Counted from the first letter of the stretch, positions 10,131-20,341 are shown. The stretch is DNA of 49,171 nucleotides from Promethearchaeota archaeon (GCA_048939625.1 JBHLPH010000015.1:1-49171); one strand, 5' to 3'. Notes: generated by a model from the sequence alone, not told the origin. Made by a program: numbers and translations.

Positions 10131-10640
10131 GTGAAATCTCCGCTTTGTGAAATTTGTCTAAAAAATTACCCACTCATTTGTGGAAACTGCCAATCCAAAA
10201 TCGACGAAGGAGAAATTACTGAACTTGATGTAAAGGTTGCGCGTGCACTCATCAATTTAGAGGATCTTTTCCCCTCAATTAAGAAAGTTACATTCAAGCG
10301 GGTATTTCAAATCGATGGTGTTATCATCGTTTTAGTGGGGAAAGGAGATGTGCGACGAATTATCGGCTCGAGTCGTCGAGTTCTCCGTCAATTGGAAGAC
10401 GAAGTAAAGTTGCAGGTTCGAATTGTCGAAGAAAGCCGGAATCCCCAAGATATTCTACGTGATCTCATTCGCCCAGTGAAAATCCTCGGAGTCAACACTA
10501 TCTGGTTACCAGACAATAGTTTCGAACGAATTGTGCGAATTAGCGAACGGGAACGGGAGAATATTCCTCTTACTCTCAAGCAGCTCGAAAGTGCAATTTA
10601 TGAGATGACCAATGAGCGTATTCGAATCGTGTTCGATTAG
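10131..10640 (+). CDS. NusA paralog (NusA2-like; N-terminal Cys cluster + KH domains)
   Basis: KSPLCEICLK...LICGNC, ITELDVKVAR, IIG..RRVLRQLE, GVNTIWLPD. Start set at GTG 10131. Confidence 0.8.
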   Translation: MKSPLCEICLKNYPLICGNCQSKIDEGEITELDVKVARALINLEDLFPSIKKVTFKRVFQIDGVIIVLVGKGDVRRIIGSSRRVLRQLEDEVKLQVRIVEESRNPQDILRDLIRPVKILGVNTIWLPDNSFERIVRISERERENIPLTLKQLESAIYEMTNERIRIVFD

Positions 10641-10653
10641 AGTGTATCAGTTC

Positions 10654-11961
10654 TCAGAGTTGTGTTGATAACTCCGGCTTGATTATTTCTCGTAAAATCA
10701 CGGACGCATAACTTCCCTTAGATAGATCGAATTGGATACGAAAGGGCGTGTCTGATTCATCCTCGAGAACAGTTATTTGCAGATTATCAGGATTAACTAG
10801 CAGTGGACGGAATGTGCCCCGAGAGCTGAAAGCAGGCAGATCTTTAAGCCGGAAGTGACTCGCGGTAATCTGCTCCGATTCCAGAACTGCGTGATATATT
10901 ACGCCCATCTCACCTTCCAACGGTACATGTTCGAAATCCATACCGATAATTGGAACAACTAATTGTCTAGTTCCATTCTTGACCTCTTGTCGTACTCTAT
11001 TCAAGTTCTCCTTTGTCACCGGGCGTACGGCATGAATCTCACCCGAGATGGGTATCGTGTAATCTCCGACGATTGGTTCCCGCAAAATGATGTTTTGGCG
11101 AGCGCGCTCACTTATGGTCAGATTGAAGAGAAAGGATTGGTAAGCATGGATGTAAAGTCGAACCAAATCTTTGGGTAATACTTTCAGACTTTCTTTGAAT
11201 TTACCCGGATGTCTGTTCAAGAAATGAGTGATGGCTCTCTCATAGGTTCCTTGAGGTGAATGCTCTCTGATGAGTGCTTTTTCATCGTCATTTTCCACGT
11301 CATCGTTGGTGTCAAGGAGAATATGAATTGCCTGCTCAAAGTTCCCCAAGACAAGCTCTTTTCCGATACGATGGGTATTGGGCTGCATTATGCCGAAACG
11401 TTGAGGTCCAAAGAAGTTGAGAACACCACCAATCTTAGCAATCTCATTCTGAATTTGACTTAAACGCTGCTTTACATCTTCAGCTGGAAGGGAGACATCT
11501 CGAACAAGTATGGTAAACCGATTACCCTTCAACGCACCGGGCACAATAGGTTTCGTCACGCGATGAGGATACAAAATCATATACTGTGGGTTATCTCGAC
11601 CAACCAAATCCTGGGGTGGTCCCCGATATGAAACGCGCTGAGATGTCACTGCACGCCGGTCCTTCATTCCAGCGTATGAAAACCGTTTGTAACTGGCACC
11701 AACCGATCTACTAAGGTGGCGAATCGCCTGAATCGAATCAATATTCCGTTTTACTAAAAAGAATGCCGTCAGTTTTCCCGATTGATCGGGAAAAGGTTGA
11801 TCTGAAACTTCTAATGGTGCAATTGAGCCATCGAGCCCAATTTCTTGAACTACAAAATCTTCAGGAGTTTTTCTCAGGCAACCTCCAGTGCCTGATGACT
11901 GTGTGGTGAACACCCGCATTCCTATTAGATTATCGTAATCTCGGGCTTGCACATAATCCAC
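10654..11961 (-). CDS. truD: tRNA pseudouridine(13) synthase TruD/Pus7
   Basis: PEDFVVQE, AGMKDRRAVTSQ, GNRFTI, NFFGPQRFG, HAYQSFLFN, GSYASVILRE. Confidence 0.95.
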   Translation of the reverse strand: MDYVQARDYDNLIGMRVFTTQSSGTGGCLRKTPEDFVVQEIGLDGSIAPLEVSDQPFPDQSGKLTAFFLVKRNIDSIQAIRHLSRSVGASYKRFSYAGMKDRRAVTSQRVSYRGPPQDLVGRDNPQYMILYPHRVTKPIVPGALKGNRFTILVRDVSLPAEDVKQRLSQIQNEIAKIGGVLNFFGPQRFGIMQPNTHRIGKELVLGNFEQAIHILLDTNDDVENDDEKALIREHSPQGTYERAITHFLNRHPGKFKESLKVLPKDLVRLYIHAYQSFLFNLTISERARQNIILREPIVGDYTIPISGEIHAVRPVTKENLNRVRQEVKNGTRQLVVPIIGMDFEHVPLEGEMGVIYHAVLESEQITASHFRLKDLPAFSSRGTFRPLLVNPDNLQITVLEDESDTPFRIQFDLSKGSYASVILREIIKPELSTQL

Positions 11962-11969
11962 TCGTCACA

Positions 11970-12362
11970 TCACAATAATTGTAACTCACCTGTAATGGCA
12001 TCGACGGATTTCGTTGCAGCTGGACCAATCCCTAAAGCGGTGATAGTTCCGGGCGGCAACTCTGTCAGTCCCCGGTCACGCACCAAATACACGGGAAGAC
12101 CTGCCCGGTTTGCCTTTTCCCGAAGGGCAAGTAATTCAGCTTCAGTAGTAACCTTTACCGCGACCTTCTTCTGTCCTTCCCACAACCATTTTCGCCAAGA
12201 AGTTGGTGCATGTTTTCGAGCCTCCTCTGCTGATGACACCGCTGCATGAGCTGTTTGAACAGCAATCTTTCCTCGACTCATCTTCAGGTCTGTTCGAACG
12301 ACCAGGACCTGTTTGTACTCGAAATCATCGGCGACTTTTTTCACTGGATTCATATCTTCCAT
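11970..12362 (-). CDS. pth2: Peptidyl-tRNA hydrolase Pth2
   Basis: KQVLVVRTDLKMSRGKIAVQTAHA, GQKKVAV, DRGLTELPPGT, GIGP. Start trimmed to ATG 12362 (12353 also possible). Confidence 0.95.
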   Translation of the reverse strand: MEDMNPVKKVADDFEYKQVLVVRTDLKMSRGKIAVQTAHAAVSSAEEARKHAPTSWRKWLWEGQKKVAVKVTTEAELLALREKANRAGLPVYLVRDRGLTELPPGTITALGIGPAATKSVDAITGELQLL

Positions 12363-12499
12363 CTCAGCGCATCCCACCGTAAAATCCCTTAAGTACTTAG
12401 TCATCATGTTATGGCATATCTGCGTTTTCGTTTCCCCTAGTCTTAAAATCAACGTATTGTCTGATATTCTTCAATATCTGAAATAAGGACTTGAGAGCG

Positions 12500-13711
12500 A
12501 TGGATGCTGAAGTTGTCGTAATTGGTGCAGGCCCCGCAGGAAGTCTAGCTGCACGACAACTTGCCCGAAAAGGCCACTCTGTGCTGCTCCTCGAAGAACA
12601 TAGCCAAATAGGCAGGCCCGTGCATTGTGCCGGCCTAATAGGTATTGAGGGGCTAAGAAATAACGGGATACTTCCCTCCTCTGATGTGATTGCCCAGCGG
12701 GTTCATCAATCGATTTTTCATGCACCTTCAGGAACCCAAATAGTTCTTGCGAAAAAGAAACCGCATGCCTTTGTGCTTCATCGGGATCGGCTTGATCAAC
12801 AACTAGCCAAAGAAGCTGAGATCGCTGGTACAGCGATACAACTGGAGACTCGCGTTATACGTGTTACACGGGAACAGCATCAAATGCGGGTTCAAGTTAC
12901 TGAAAAGGGGAAACGAAAACAACTACGGACACAGTTCGTGGTCAATGCTGAAGGAATCAATGCCCAATTAATGAAACCCTTCAATCTCCCTCGACCAAAA
13001 CCAAAGTATATGCTCCCTGCATTGCAATACGAAGTGACGAACGTCTCCCTTTCAACTGACACGGTTCACCTGTTTTTCAACAATCAACTTGCCACGCACT
13101 TCTTTGCTTGGGTAATCCCAGTAGATGCCCACCACGCTCGCGTAGGGCTTGCAGCTTCCCACAAACAAACACCTCGAGCACTCGATAAATTTCTCAGCCG
13201 CTGCCACTTGACATTGGATGCTAAAATCGAGAAACGATATGGTGGAATCGTCTACACTGGAGGGCCTTCTTCTAAAACAGTTGCTCAACGATTTGTCAAT
13301 ATCGGAGACGCAGCAGGTCAAACCAAGGCAACAACAGGAGGTGGCGTTGTTGCTGGAGGGGCCTGTGCGGTCATGGTAGCATCCAGTATTCATCGCGCAT
13401 TACAAGCAAAGACGTATAATCATGGTGAACTTCGTCAGTATGAACATGCATGGAAACGTAATTGGGGTCGGCAACTCTATCTAATGGCGATTCTACGCCG
13501 GCTTGTGAACACCCTAAGCAACCACGAATTAGATCAGCTCTTTTCAAATCTTCAAACTAGTAAGGCTCGTCGGCTAATTGAAAGCGAGGGTGATATAGAT
13601 CGCCAAGGTCGTGTCATCAGAGCTGCATTCACATCTCCTGTACTACTCCGTAATATCTTTTGGTTGTTATTTAGGAAAATTCGGTTTCTCCCCCAACTCC
13701 TATGGGGTTAA
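12500..13711 (+). CDS. Geranylgeranyl reductase family FAD oxidoreductase
   Basis: GAGPAG Rossmann motif, PVHCAG, RDRLD, FAWVIP, GDAAGQTKATTGGG. Confidence 0.85.
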   Translation: MDAEVVVIGAGPAGSLAARQLARKGHSVLLLEEHSQIGRPVHCAGLIGIEGLRNNGILPSSDVIAQRVHQSIFHAPSGTQIVLAKKKPHAFVLHRDRLDQQLAKEAEIAGTAIQLETRVIRVTREQHQMRVQVTEKGKRKQLRTQFVVNAEGINAQLMKPFNLPRPKPKYMLPALQYEVTNVSLSTDTVHLFFNNQLATHFFAWVIPVDAHHARVGLAASHKQTPRALDKFLSRCHLTLDAKIEKRYGGIVYTGGPSSKTVAQRFVNIGDAAGQTKATTGGGVVAGGACAVMVASSIHRALQAKTYNHGELRQYEHAWKRNWGRQLYLMAILRRLVNTLSNHELDQLFSNLQTSKARRLIESEGDIDRQGRVIRAAFTSPVLLRNIFWLLFRKIRFLPQLLWG

Positions 13712-13719
13712 GAATTGTT

Positions 13720-14064
13720 TCAGTATTCTCGCCAAGTTTGATTGCATTTAGTACATCGATAAAAGGTTGTCATTGCCTCATCCCCCGAGCGAGTTTGCAC
13801 TTGCCAATAGTAGGCTTCTTTATGGCCGCATTTTGGGCAAATAGCGCGAACAGTAGGCATTGTCTGCTGGTTCTGTAATTCCTCGTCAATAACGACGACT
13901 TCTTCTTTTTCGGGAATGTGCTCGATTTTCTCACCATACCGGTATTCTTCTTCGGTTTTCGACGTTAGCCGTTTTGAATAGCCACAATTCTGACAGATGA
14001 GTATTTTCTTGTTTCCATCTTTTTGGGGGGTGAGGATACTTGAACATTCGGGACAAAATTCCAT
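13720..14064 (-). CDS. tfs: Transcription factor S (transcript cleavage factor)
   Basis: Two Zn ribbons; QTRSGDE with catalytic DE. Confidence 0.95.
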   Translation of the reverse strand: MEFCPECSSILTPQKDGNKKILICQNCGYSKRLTSKTEEEYRYGEKIEHIPEKEEVVVIDEELQNQQTMPTVRAICPKCGHKEAYYWQVQTRSGDEAMTTFYRCTKCNQTWREY

Positions 14065-14130
14065 CTAGGCAAATCTCCGGTTCTTTAGGGTCTGAGTGCA
14101 TACGAGAAAATGCATAAGAATGTATTGGCT

Positions 14131-14598
14131 TTACACGGTATTCAAAGCCTGGCTTTGCTCCCAAATATATTGCAGGAGCACGGCAAATCCCATTGCCATC
14201 GCTTCGAAGCGTTCCGCCTTCGATTGTTTGGAACCTAATCCCGCTTTGAGGAACTGCTCTTGCAGAATTGATGCCGCTTGTTGGATGGTAAAATATCTTC
14301 GAAGCCACCCATATGCAATCATTGCTTCCACACAATCACCTAACCCATGTGCGTCGAGTCGGGAGGGTGCAAGATGACGCAACTCGGCTAATCGAATTGC
14401 CGAAGCAAGGATTTTTCCAGAAACCTTTTCCCCTTCGAATCGTTTCAATTGGCTGGAAAGAGCAAGTGAGAAGAGTAAATTTGAGAGTGGGTCACCTAAT
14501 TTTGCTAACTCTTTATGCCGCATTGCGGACTCAATCGAATGGACGTTTTCCGTTTCGAGAAGTGCTTGTAATTCCTCGAAGGTTGACACGCGGGTCAC
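14131..14598 (-). CDS. Archaeal ribonuclease III-like family protein
   Basis: LAKLGDPLSNLLFSLALS, GDCVEAMIAYGW; conserved position between rpo11 and tfs. Confidence 0.78.
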   Translation of the reverse strand: MTRVSTFEELQALLETENVHSIESAMRHKELAKLGDPLSNLLFSLALSSQLKRFEGEKVSGKILASAIRLAELRHLAPSRLDAHGLGDCVEAMIAYGWLRRYFTIQQAASILQEQFLKAGLGSKQSKAERFEAMAMGFAVLLQYIWEQSQALNTV

Positions 14599-14879
14599 AC
14601 AGCTTTGAGAGCTTTGTGAAACTCCGATCGAAGTTCCTCTGTTCGTTCGATGAGCTTCTGGGCGGCTTGTTTGAAAACGTTGATAGCCTTGACTTTTCCA
14701 TCTGTTCGAACAATGAATCTGGCAGTTCTTTCGAGGGGGTGGGGCACTGAATATCCTGCGAAGGTAAGGTGTTTGTCTTCGAAGAGGATTTCCCGTAAAG
14801 GATTACATAGAGTGTGACCTTCTCCTTCAATGTCAATCTCTAGTTCCTTTTGCGTGTTTTTGATGATGTTGATGTTCAT
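14595..14879 (-). CDS. rpoL: RNA polymerase subunit Rpo11 (L)
   Basis: EGEGHTLCNPLR, FAGYSVPHPL; start at ATG 14879. Confidence 0.95.
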   Translation of the reverse strand: MNINIIKNTQKELEIDIEGEGHTLCNPLREILFEDKHLTFAGYSVPHPLERTARFIVRTDGKVKAINVFKQAAQKLIERTEELRSEFHKALKAV

Positions 14880-14950
14880 GGCTATCGTCTCCTTGTTCAA
14901 ATTTTCATGGAGCAGGCAGACCGTACACAACTTCGCTTTTAAAGTGTTGC

Positions 14951-15172
14951 TTAACTGTGAATCTCCTTGAAATCTCGGTATATTGTCTGTGCTTGGCTAA
15001 CGGCTTTTCGCACTTGTTCGGGATCTCCGCGTAAGGTTAGGGTTACGCCATTTTGGTCTGCTTTGATATGAAAATCGAGTTTGAGTTTTCTTTTCAACTG
15101 ATTAATAAAATCAACTTGGGCAGATGCACCGGTTACTGAGAAGTTGAGGCTCTTTTTGGTCCACCGAGCCAC
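14951..15172 (-). CDS. Small protein, possibly N-terminal domain of DUF2067 family
   Basis: 73 aa alpha/beta pattern; syntenic position between csl4 and rpoL. Confidence 0.5.
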   Translation of the reverse strand: MARWTKKSLNFSVTGASAQVDFINQLKRKLKLDFHIKADQNGVTLTLRGDPEQVRKAVSQAQTIYRDFKEIHS

Positions 15173-15187
15173 TCTACTTCGACTCTC

Positions 15188-15802
15188 CTACTCCTCTGGA
15201 GTTATCTTCTCTACTGACAGTTCCGCAACTGGGACTTGACCATAGGTTTGAGAGAGTTTCCGTTTTTCGTAATTTCCACACTCGGCACATTCCAGTTGTC
15301 GACCCTGTAAGTGAAGGGGTTCGCCACACCGGCTGCAAGATGCCTGAATCACGCCATACCTTGAACCCACGGTTGAAAGCCGTGCTAGACCATCTGCCTG
15401 TTGTTGGACACGGGCTAGGATAATATCTCCAGGAGCGAATAAATCACGCATTTGGTCAATATATCCCCCTGCGGCGTTTTTAATGAATAAATATCCTGAA
15501 AATGTTACGGGGCATTCTTTATCCTCAATTTGGAATATGTTCACAATTGCAGATTTTTTGGTAACGCTTTGAATGACACCTAAGACTACGTCATTCCGTG
15601 TGGGGTAGACTGGTTGACGAGTTGCTGTTTCAACACTAATTTTTCGTTCCTTCATGTCAATGTGAACGGTGCCTGTTAGACTCGAGTAGATGACATCATC
15701 TTCATCCTGAAATGTTCCCTCACCGGGGAGGAACTCTTCAATTACACCCAATCTTTCTCCGGGAAGAACTGAATCTCCTTCTTTGATTCGTTGACCGGTC
15801 AT
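15188..15802 (-). CDS. csl4: Exosome RNA-binding subunit Csl4
   Basis: VLPGERLGVIEEFLPGEGT, S1 domain (GDIILARV), C-terminal CSRC..CAEC..EKRKLS Zn ribbon. Confidence 0.95.
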   Translation of the reverse strand: MTGQRIKEGDSVLPGERLGVIEEFLPGEGTFQDEDDVIYSSLTGTVHIDMKERKISVETATRQPVYPTRNDVVLGVIQSVTKKSAIVNIFQIEDKECPVTFSGYLFIKNAAGGYIDQMRDLFAPGDIILARVQQQADGLARLSTVGSRYGVIQASCSRCGEPLHLQGRQLECAECGNYEKRKLSQTYGQVPVAELSVEKITPEE

Positions 15803-16434
15803 TTGGTTTCCTCCGATTGTTCTATACGGTAAAAATCAACCTGAATTTTATGTCGTTTTTTTTCATGGAAGTGCATTGTTGGGGGAAGCGTCATGGACAT
15901 TTCCTGAACAAATGAAATTCGTCCTCCACGATCCGAGACAAATCCAGTGATGAATTTTCGACCGCCTGCCGACGCTTTATGCAAGGAATAAATTACCTTC
16001 CCAATTTCTAAGGCTTTTTGGAGAAAGGGTTGATCAGCGTGAACCCGTTGAACTCCAAACGGCGTGTTCATTATTACTGTATCAGCTTGGGCGGTGATTG
16101 TCTCAATGTCTTGTGCGACGAATTTTATTCGCTCTTGCACACCAACTTGAATTGCGTTTTGTTCTGCCACATTTAATACTTTCGAATCAATGTCGACACC
16201 CACTACCTCGCGTGCACCGAGTAACGCAGCGCCAATTGCCAAGCGTCCAGGACCACAACCCAAATCATAGACACGTCGATTCTCGATGTCTCCATAGGTA
16301 GCTGCGGTAAATACCATCGTTGCTGCAACAGTATCTGTTACTTCATACTGTTCCTTCCCCGGGCTGGGAGAAGGAAACCCTTTGAGTTGACTTAGCAAAA
16401 TCTCTATCTGTTTTCTGGGCAGCCGAGTGGACAT
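15799..16434 (-). CDS. METTL5-family N6-adenine RNA methyltransferase
   Basis: EQY, DLGCGPG, NTPFG (NPPF variant), YSLHK, FHEK. Confidence 0.88.
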   Translation of the reverse strand: MSTRLPRKQIEILLSQLKGFPSPSPGKEQYEVTDTVAATMVFTAATYGDIENRRVYDLGCGPGRLAIGAALLGAREVVGVDIDSKVLNVAEQNAIQVGVQERIKFVAQDIETITAQADTVIMNTPFGVQRVHADQPFLQKALEIGKVIYSLHKASAGGRKFITGFVSDRGGRISFVQEMSMTLPPTMHFHEKKRHKIQVDFYRIEQSEETK

Positions 16435-16533
16435 TACGATTTCCTGCCCTCTATCTTTTTTAGAATCGTTGTATCTTTAACACTTAACTGCTTCGAGGTC
16501 CTTACTTTCTTAACAATTGGAGACAACCTCACT

Positions 16534-17829
16534 ATGTCAAACCCGTATATAATCAAAGAAGTTCGTGCTATGGAGATTCTGGATAGCCGTGGCAATCCCA
16601 CCGTTCAAGCTGAAGTCTTAACACAGAACGCATATGGTCGGGCCATGGTTCCCTCAGGCGCCTCAAAAGGAAAATATGAAGCTGTTGAATTACGCGATAA
16701 TGATCCCAAACGCTTTCATGGACGCGGCGTGCGAAAAGCCGTTGATAATATCCTCACCATTCTTGCTCCTGCAATAATTGGCTTAGACGCTCGCGAGCAA
16801 CAAACAATTGATGACATATTAATCAAATTAGATGGAACTCCAAATAAAGCACATTTGGGCGCAAATGCAATTTTAGGAGTTTCATTGGCCGTCGCCAAAG
16901 CCGCCGCTGATACTGGAATTCAACACCTCTACGAATACCTCGTTCCACGAGATAAATACATCTTACCTGTTCCCATGATGAACATCATCAATGGTGGGGT
17001 ACATGCAGGTAATCAACTTGCCATTCAAGAGTTTTTGATAATGCCTGTAGGATTTGATAACTTCCATCGCGCTTTACGTGCAGGCATTGAAATCTATCAC
17101 ACACTGGGCAAGGTTCTCAAGAAAAAGTATGGTCCGATGGGCGTGAATCTGGGTGATGAGGGAGGCTTTGCACCTCCCATTCGAGAAACCCGAGATGCTC
17201 TTAACGCTGTGATTAGAGCAATTGAACAAGAAGGCTACAAGCCTGGTAAAGAGATTGGCTTGGCCATCGACGCCGCCGCCAACGAGTTCTATTCAAAAGG
17301 AAAATACTTTATCGATGATGAAGAACTTACCGCAGAAGCCCTATTCGACGACTACCGTGCATTAACCAAAGAATACCCGTTACTTTCAATTGAAGATCCT
17401 TTTGAAGAACACGATTTCGACTCATTTTCACAGCTAACAAAATCAATTGGGCAGACTGTACAAATTGTTGGGGACGATATCTTTGTCTCAAATAGTGAAC
17501 GATTACAACGAGGCATCACTATGGGTGCCTCAAATTCATTGCTATTGAAAGTTAATCAAATCGGTACGCTCACTGAAGCCATCCAAGCAGCTCAACTTGC
17601 TGGAGCCAATAATTATACCGTTGTTGTCAGCCATCGAAGTGGAGAAACGGAAAATACATTTATTGCTGATCTTGCCGTTGCCCTCTCATGCGGACAAATT
17701 AAAACCGGTGCTCCTGCTCGGGGTGAAAGAACAGCCAAATACAACCGTCTCATCAAAATCAACAACGACTTAGGATCTCGCGGTCGCTATGCAGGAACTC
17801 AATTCCGAAAGTACAAGGTCTCTCTTTAA
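16534..17829 (+). CDS. eno: Enolase
   Basis: DSRGNPT, VPSGASKG, GDEGGFAP, LKVNQIGT, SHRSGET, GERTAKYN. Confidence 0.98.
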   Translation: MSNPYIIKEVRAMEILDSRGNPTVQAEVLTQNAYGRAMVPSGASKGKYEAVELRDNDPKRFHGRGVRKAVDNILTILAPAIIGLDAREQQTIDDILIKLDGTPNKAHLGANAILGVSLAVAKAAADTGIQHLYEYLVPRDKYILPVPMMNIINGGVHAGNQLAIQEFLIMPVGFDNFHRALRAGIEIYHTLGKVLKKKYGPMGVNLGDEGGFAPPIRETRDALNAVIRAIEQEGYKPGKEIGLAIDAAANEFYSKGKYFIDDEELTAEALFDDYRALTKEYPLLSIEDPFEEHDFDSFSQLTKSIGQTVQIVGDDIFVSNSERLQRGITMGASNSLLLKVNQIGTLTEAIQAAQLAGANNYTVVVSHRSGETENTFIADLAVALSCGQIKTGAPARGERTAKYNRLIKINNDLGSRGRYAGTQFRKYKVSL

Positions 17830-17888
17830 GCTACAAAGCTATCTTTAAAGACGACTTCAGGTTAATAAGCTAAACGTGGTGGGTTGCA

Positions 17889-18425
17889 CTAGAATCCAAT
17901 TTTCTTACGAAGCTCATCGGGAGCTTTATCAAGCCGAATCGAACAGGGAGTAGGTAATTTCATCGATGCTCGACGCAGGGCGGCCTTACCAATTTCTAAA
18001 TCCCTATAATTGATTTCGAGTGTCAACACTGGTTGACCAGGTTTAACTCGTGCAGCTAACGCAAAGGGCTTCCCGAACGAGCGCCGCATTCCTTCTTGAA
18101 TACGATCTGCCCCAGCAAAGGCCATCATCTTCTTCTCTCGAAGGATTTGATGGGGATAGGTGCGAATCCACAAGAAATACCCCTCAGGCCCAAGTAGCTG
18201 TGTAAGGTGGCGATTAGCGGCAACACGCATGGCTTCGAGTGCGCTGTGACGAATTTGTACAGCTTCATCAGCTGTTAAACTTAAGGTCAATTCGAAGTTA
18301 CGATTTCGTTTCTTGCCCATACGATACAGAACCACTTTATTACCTGGCATCCGCTTAACGTATTCTTTACGGGTATAGGGAGGACGTTTGATTTGACGAT
18401 AGCATTTTCCGGGTCTTACAGGCAT
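17889..18425 (-). CDS. rpl10e: 50S ribosomal protein uL16 (L10e)
   Basis: RPGKCYR, QIRHSALEA, AGADRIQEGMRRSFGKP; start at ATG 18425. Confidence 0.96.
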   Translation of the reverse strand: MPVRPGKCYRQIKRPPYTRKEYVKRMPGNKVVLYRMGKKRNRNFELTLSLTADEAVQIRHSALEAMRVAANRHLTQLLGPEGYFLWIRTYPHQILREKKMMAFAGADRIQEGMRRSFGKPFALAARVKPGQPVLTLEINYRDLEIGKAALRRASMKLPTPCSIRLDKAPDELRKKIGF

Positions 18426-18513
18426 CGTTTTTCGCCTCAGCCTGAGGATTGGAAGTAAGGCAAATCTCGCCATCTTATTAATCTTACGTGATGACGAACC
18501 ACTGAAGCACTTT

Positions 18514-19677
18514 TTAGGTAAAGATTTGAATTACATCCTGGTCTTCTAAGACGAAAGTAAAACCAACTTTCTTGCGGATTTGCCCAGTACTTAGACGATA
18601 CACGATTGCATATCGGAAGTTTTTGTGAAAATCACTGTGAAGGCGCTTGGCAAGATCTTCGACGTTGGCTCCTTTGGGTAAAATTAAGGGTTTATCCCCA
18701 ATTTCTCCTGAGCTTTTCCGTGTGAAAATGCGAATAACTTGTAGCCCATCAAATATACCTTTAGCCAGATTTCTGATTCCCATGTTCTTTTCAACTGATA
18801 CAGGAAAAATTGGAAACGCTTCACTGAATTCCTTTTGTAAGTGCTCATAATTCTTTGAGCTTGCTGCTAAATCTCCCTTTGATGCAACAATAATCGCAGG
18901 TACATAGGTTGTGCGACTATCAATCACTTCAACCAAGTCATCTAAAGTGGCAGGTCCTCGAAATTGAAGTGAAAAGTTGTGAATTCGTCGACGACGGAAA
19001 AGCTGGCGAATAAGATTGGGGTCTCCTTGAAAATAAGTGACTCCGATTATATTTGTACCTCCACTGCCAGTTTTTACAAATCGAATTGGAGGAGGATCTT
19101 TATTGAGTTTTATCCGTGCTTGTTCCAACGTCGAGATGAGAAATTCAACCTGTGGGGCTGGAGATTGGGAGAGGTCAATCATCAATATGATTAGGTCGGC
19201 GTTTCGGATTCCACCGAATATCTGACGTCCAATACTACTATCCAAAGCTCCTTCGAAGAGAGCAGGCATCTCAATAATCTGGATGTCTGCTCCTCCATAT
19301 TTCAAGATGCCAGGCTCAGGAAGCTGAGTAGTAAACTCATATGCTCCTACCTTGGCTTTTGCACCAGTGAGTCGGTTTAGTAAAGCGCTTTTCCCTGAAC
19401 TTGTGGTTCCAACTAAGACAACTTGACCTGCACCTTCTTTCGCTAGTGAGTAACTGGGGCCTCCAGTCGCCACCTTCCGTCGGGCACGCCGGTCTTCTTG
19501 TTCTTGTCGTAGCACGGTCAAGCGATGCCTGTAAAGAGCGACCATCTTCTCTGAAGATTTGTGTTTGGGGATAAGTGAGATGAACTTTTCGAGTTTCTCA
19601 ATACGTTCTTCAAGACCAGTAGCTTCCTCATAAGCAAGTTTTGCAGCTTGTGCTTCAGCGGTCAGGTTAACAGGCAT
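18514..19677 (-). CDS. DRG/Obg-family GTP-binding protein with TGS domain
   Basis: MPVNL, IPKHK, G1 GTTSSGKS, YEFTT, SKGD, TGS ending LEDQDVIQI. Confidence 0.9.
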   Translation of the reverse strand: MPVNLTAEAQAAKLAYEEATGLEERIEKLEKFISLIPKHKSSEKMVALYRHRLTVLRQEQEDRRARRKVATGGPSYSLAKEGAGQVVLVGTTSSGKSALLNRLTGAKAKVGAYEFTTQLPEPGILKYGGADIQIIEMPALFEGALDSSIGRQIFGGIRNADLIILMIDLSQSPAPQVEFLISTLEQARIKLNKDPPPIRFVKTGSGGTNIIGVTYFQGDPNLIRQLFRRRRIHNFSLQFRGPATLDDLVEVIDSRTTYVPAIIVASKGDLAASSKNYEHLQKEFSEAFPIFPVSVEKNMGIRNLAKGIFDGLQVIRIFTRKSSGEIGDKPLILPKGANVEDLAKRLHSDFHKNFRYAIVYRLSTGQIRKKVGFTFVLEDQDVIQIFT

Positions 19678-19735
19678 GGAACTCCACACAATTCAATCAG
19701 CAGAGACTACTTCTAAAATTTTATCACTAACGTGA

Positions 19736-20341
19736 CTAGCGAGGAATTTTTGCTTCAAATAATATCAAACGCTCGAAAAAAAAGTTCTTCGTCTCTTTAA
19801 CAACAACTGAATGAAAGAGTTCTTCGAGACGATTCTGGATATATCCGGGCTTAGAAAGCGAAGACTGAACTAACAGTAATCGGCTATTCGCTTGAAGGTG
19901 ACTGCTGCACTGTGAGAGAAACTGGTCTGTTACTTCATACCCCTTGGTTCCACCTGACCAGGCGGGATCAAATCCAGGGTCCTCCTTTGTACTTGGTAAA
20001 TACGGTGGATTAAACACAAGTAGAGAGAATTTTTCATCCGGACGAATTGGTGCGAACAAATTGCCTTGCCGGATTTCTACTACTGACTCATATTTGTGAA
20101 GCACCACGTTCTTCCTTGCGTTTTGCACAGCACGCTCTGACAAATCCGTTGCTACAACCTGAGCTCCTGCCTTAGCCGCAAGAATAGCCACTAAGCCACA
20201 TCCGGTTCCAATCTCAAGCATTCTTTCCCCAGACGTGATCTCTAAGTTCGCACACAACAAGAAGGTGTCATCAGCAGGTTCATACACTCCATCGTCCACT
20301 ACGACCCATACATCTTCAAAAAAGGCAGCTGAAGGGCTCAT
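19736..20341 (-). CDS. HemK2/PrmC-family release-factor glutamine methyltransferase
   Basis: VYEPADDTFLL, EIGTGCG, FNPPY, WSGG, FFERL. Confidence 0.9.
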   Translation of the reverse strand: MSPSAAFFEDVWVVVDDGVYEPADDTFLLCANLEITSGERMLEIGTGCGLVAILAAKAGAQVVATDLSERAVQNARKNVVLHKYESVVEIRQGNLFAPIRPDEKFSLLVFNPPYLPSTKEDPGFDPAWSGGTKGYEVTDQFLSQCSSHLQANSRLLLVQSSLSKPGYIQNRLEELFHSVVVKETKNFFFERLILFEAKIPR

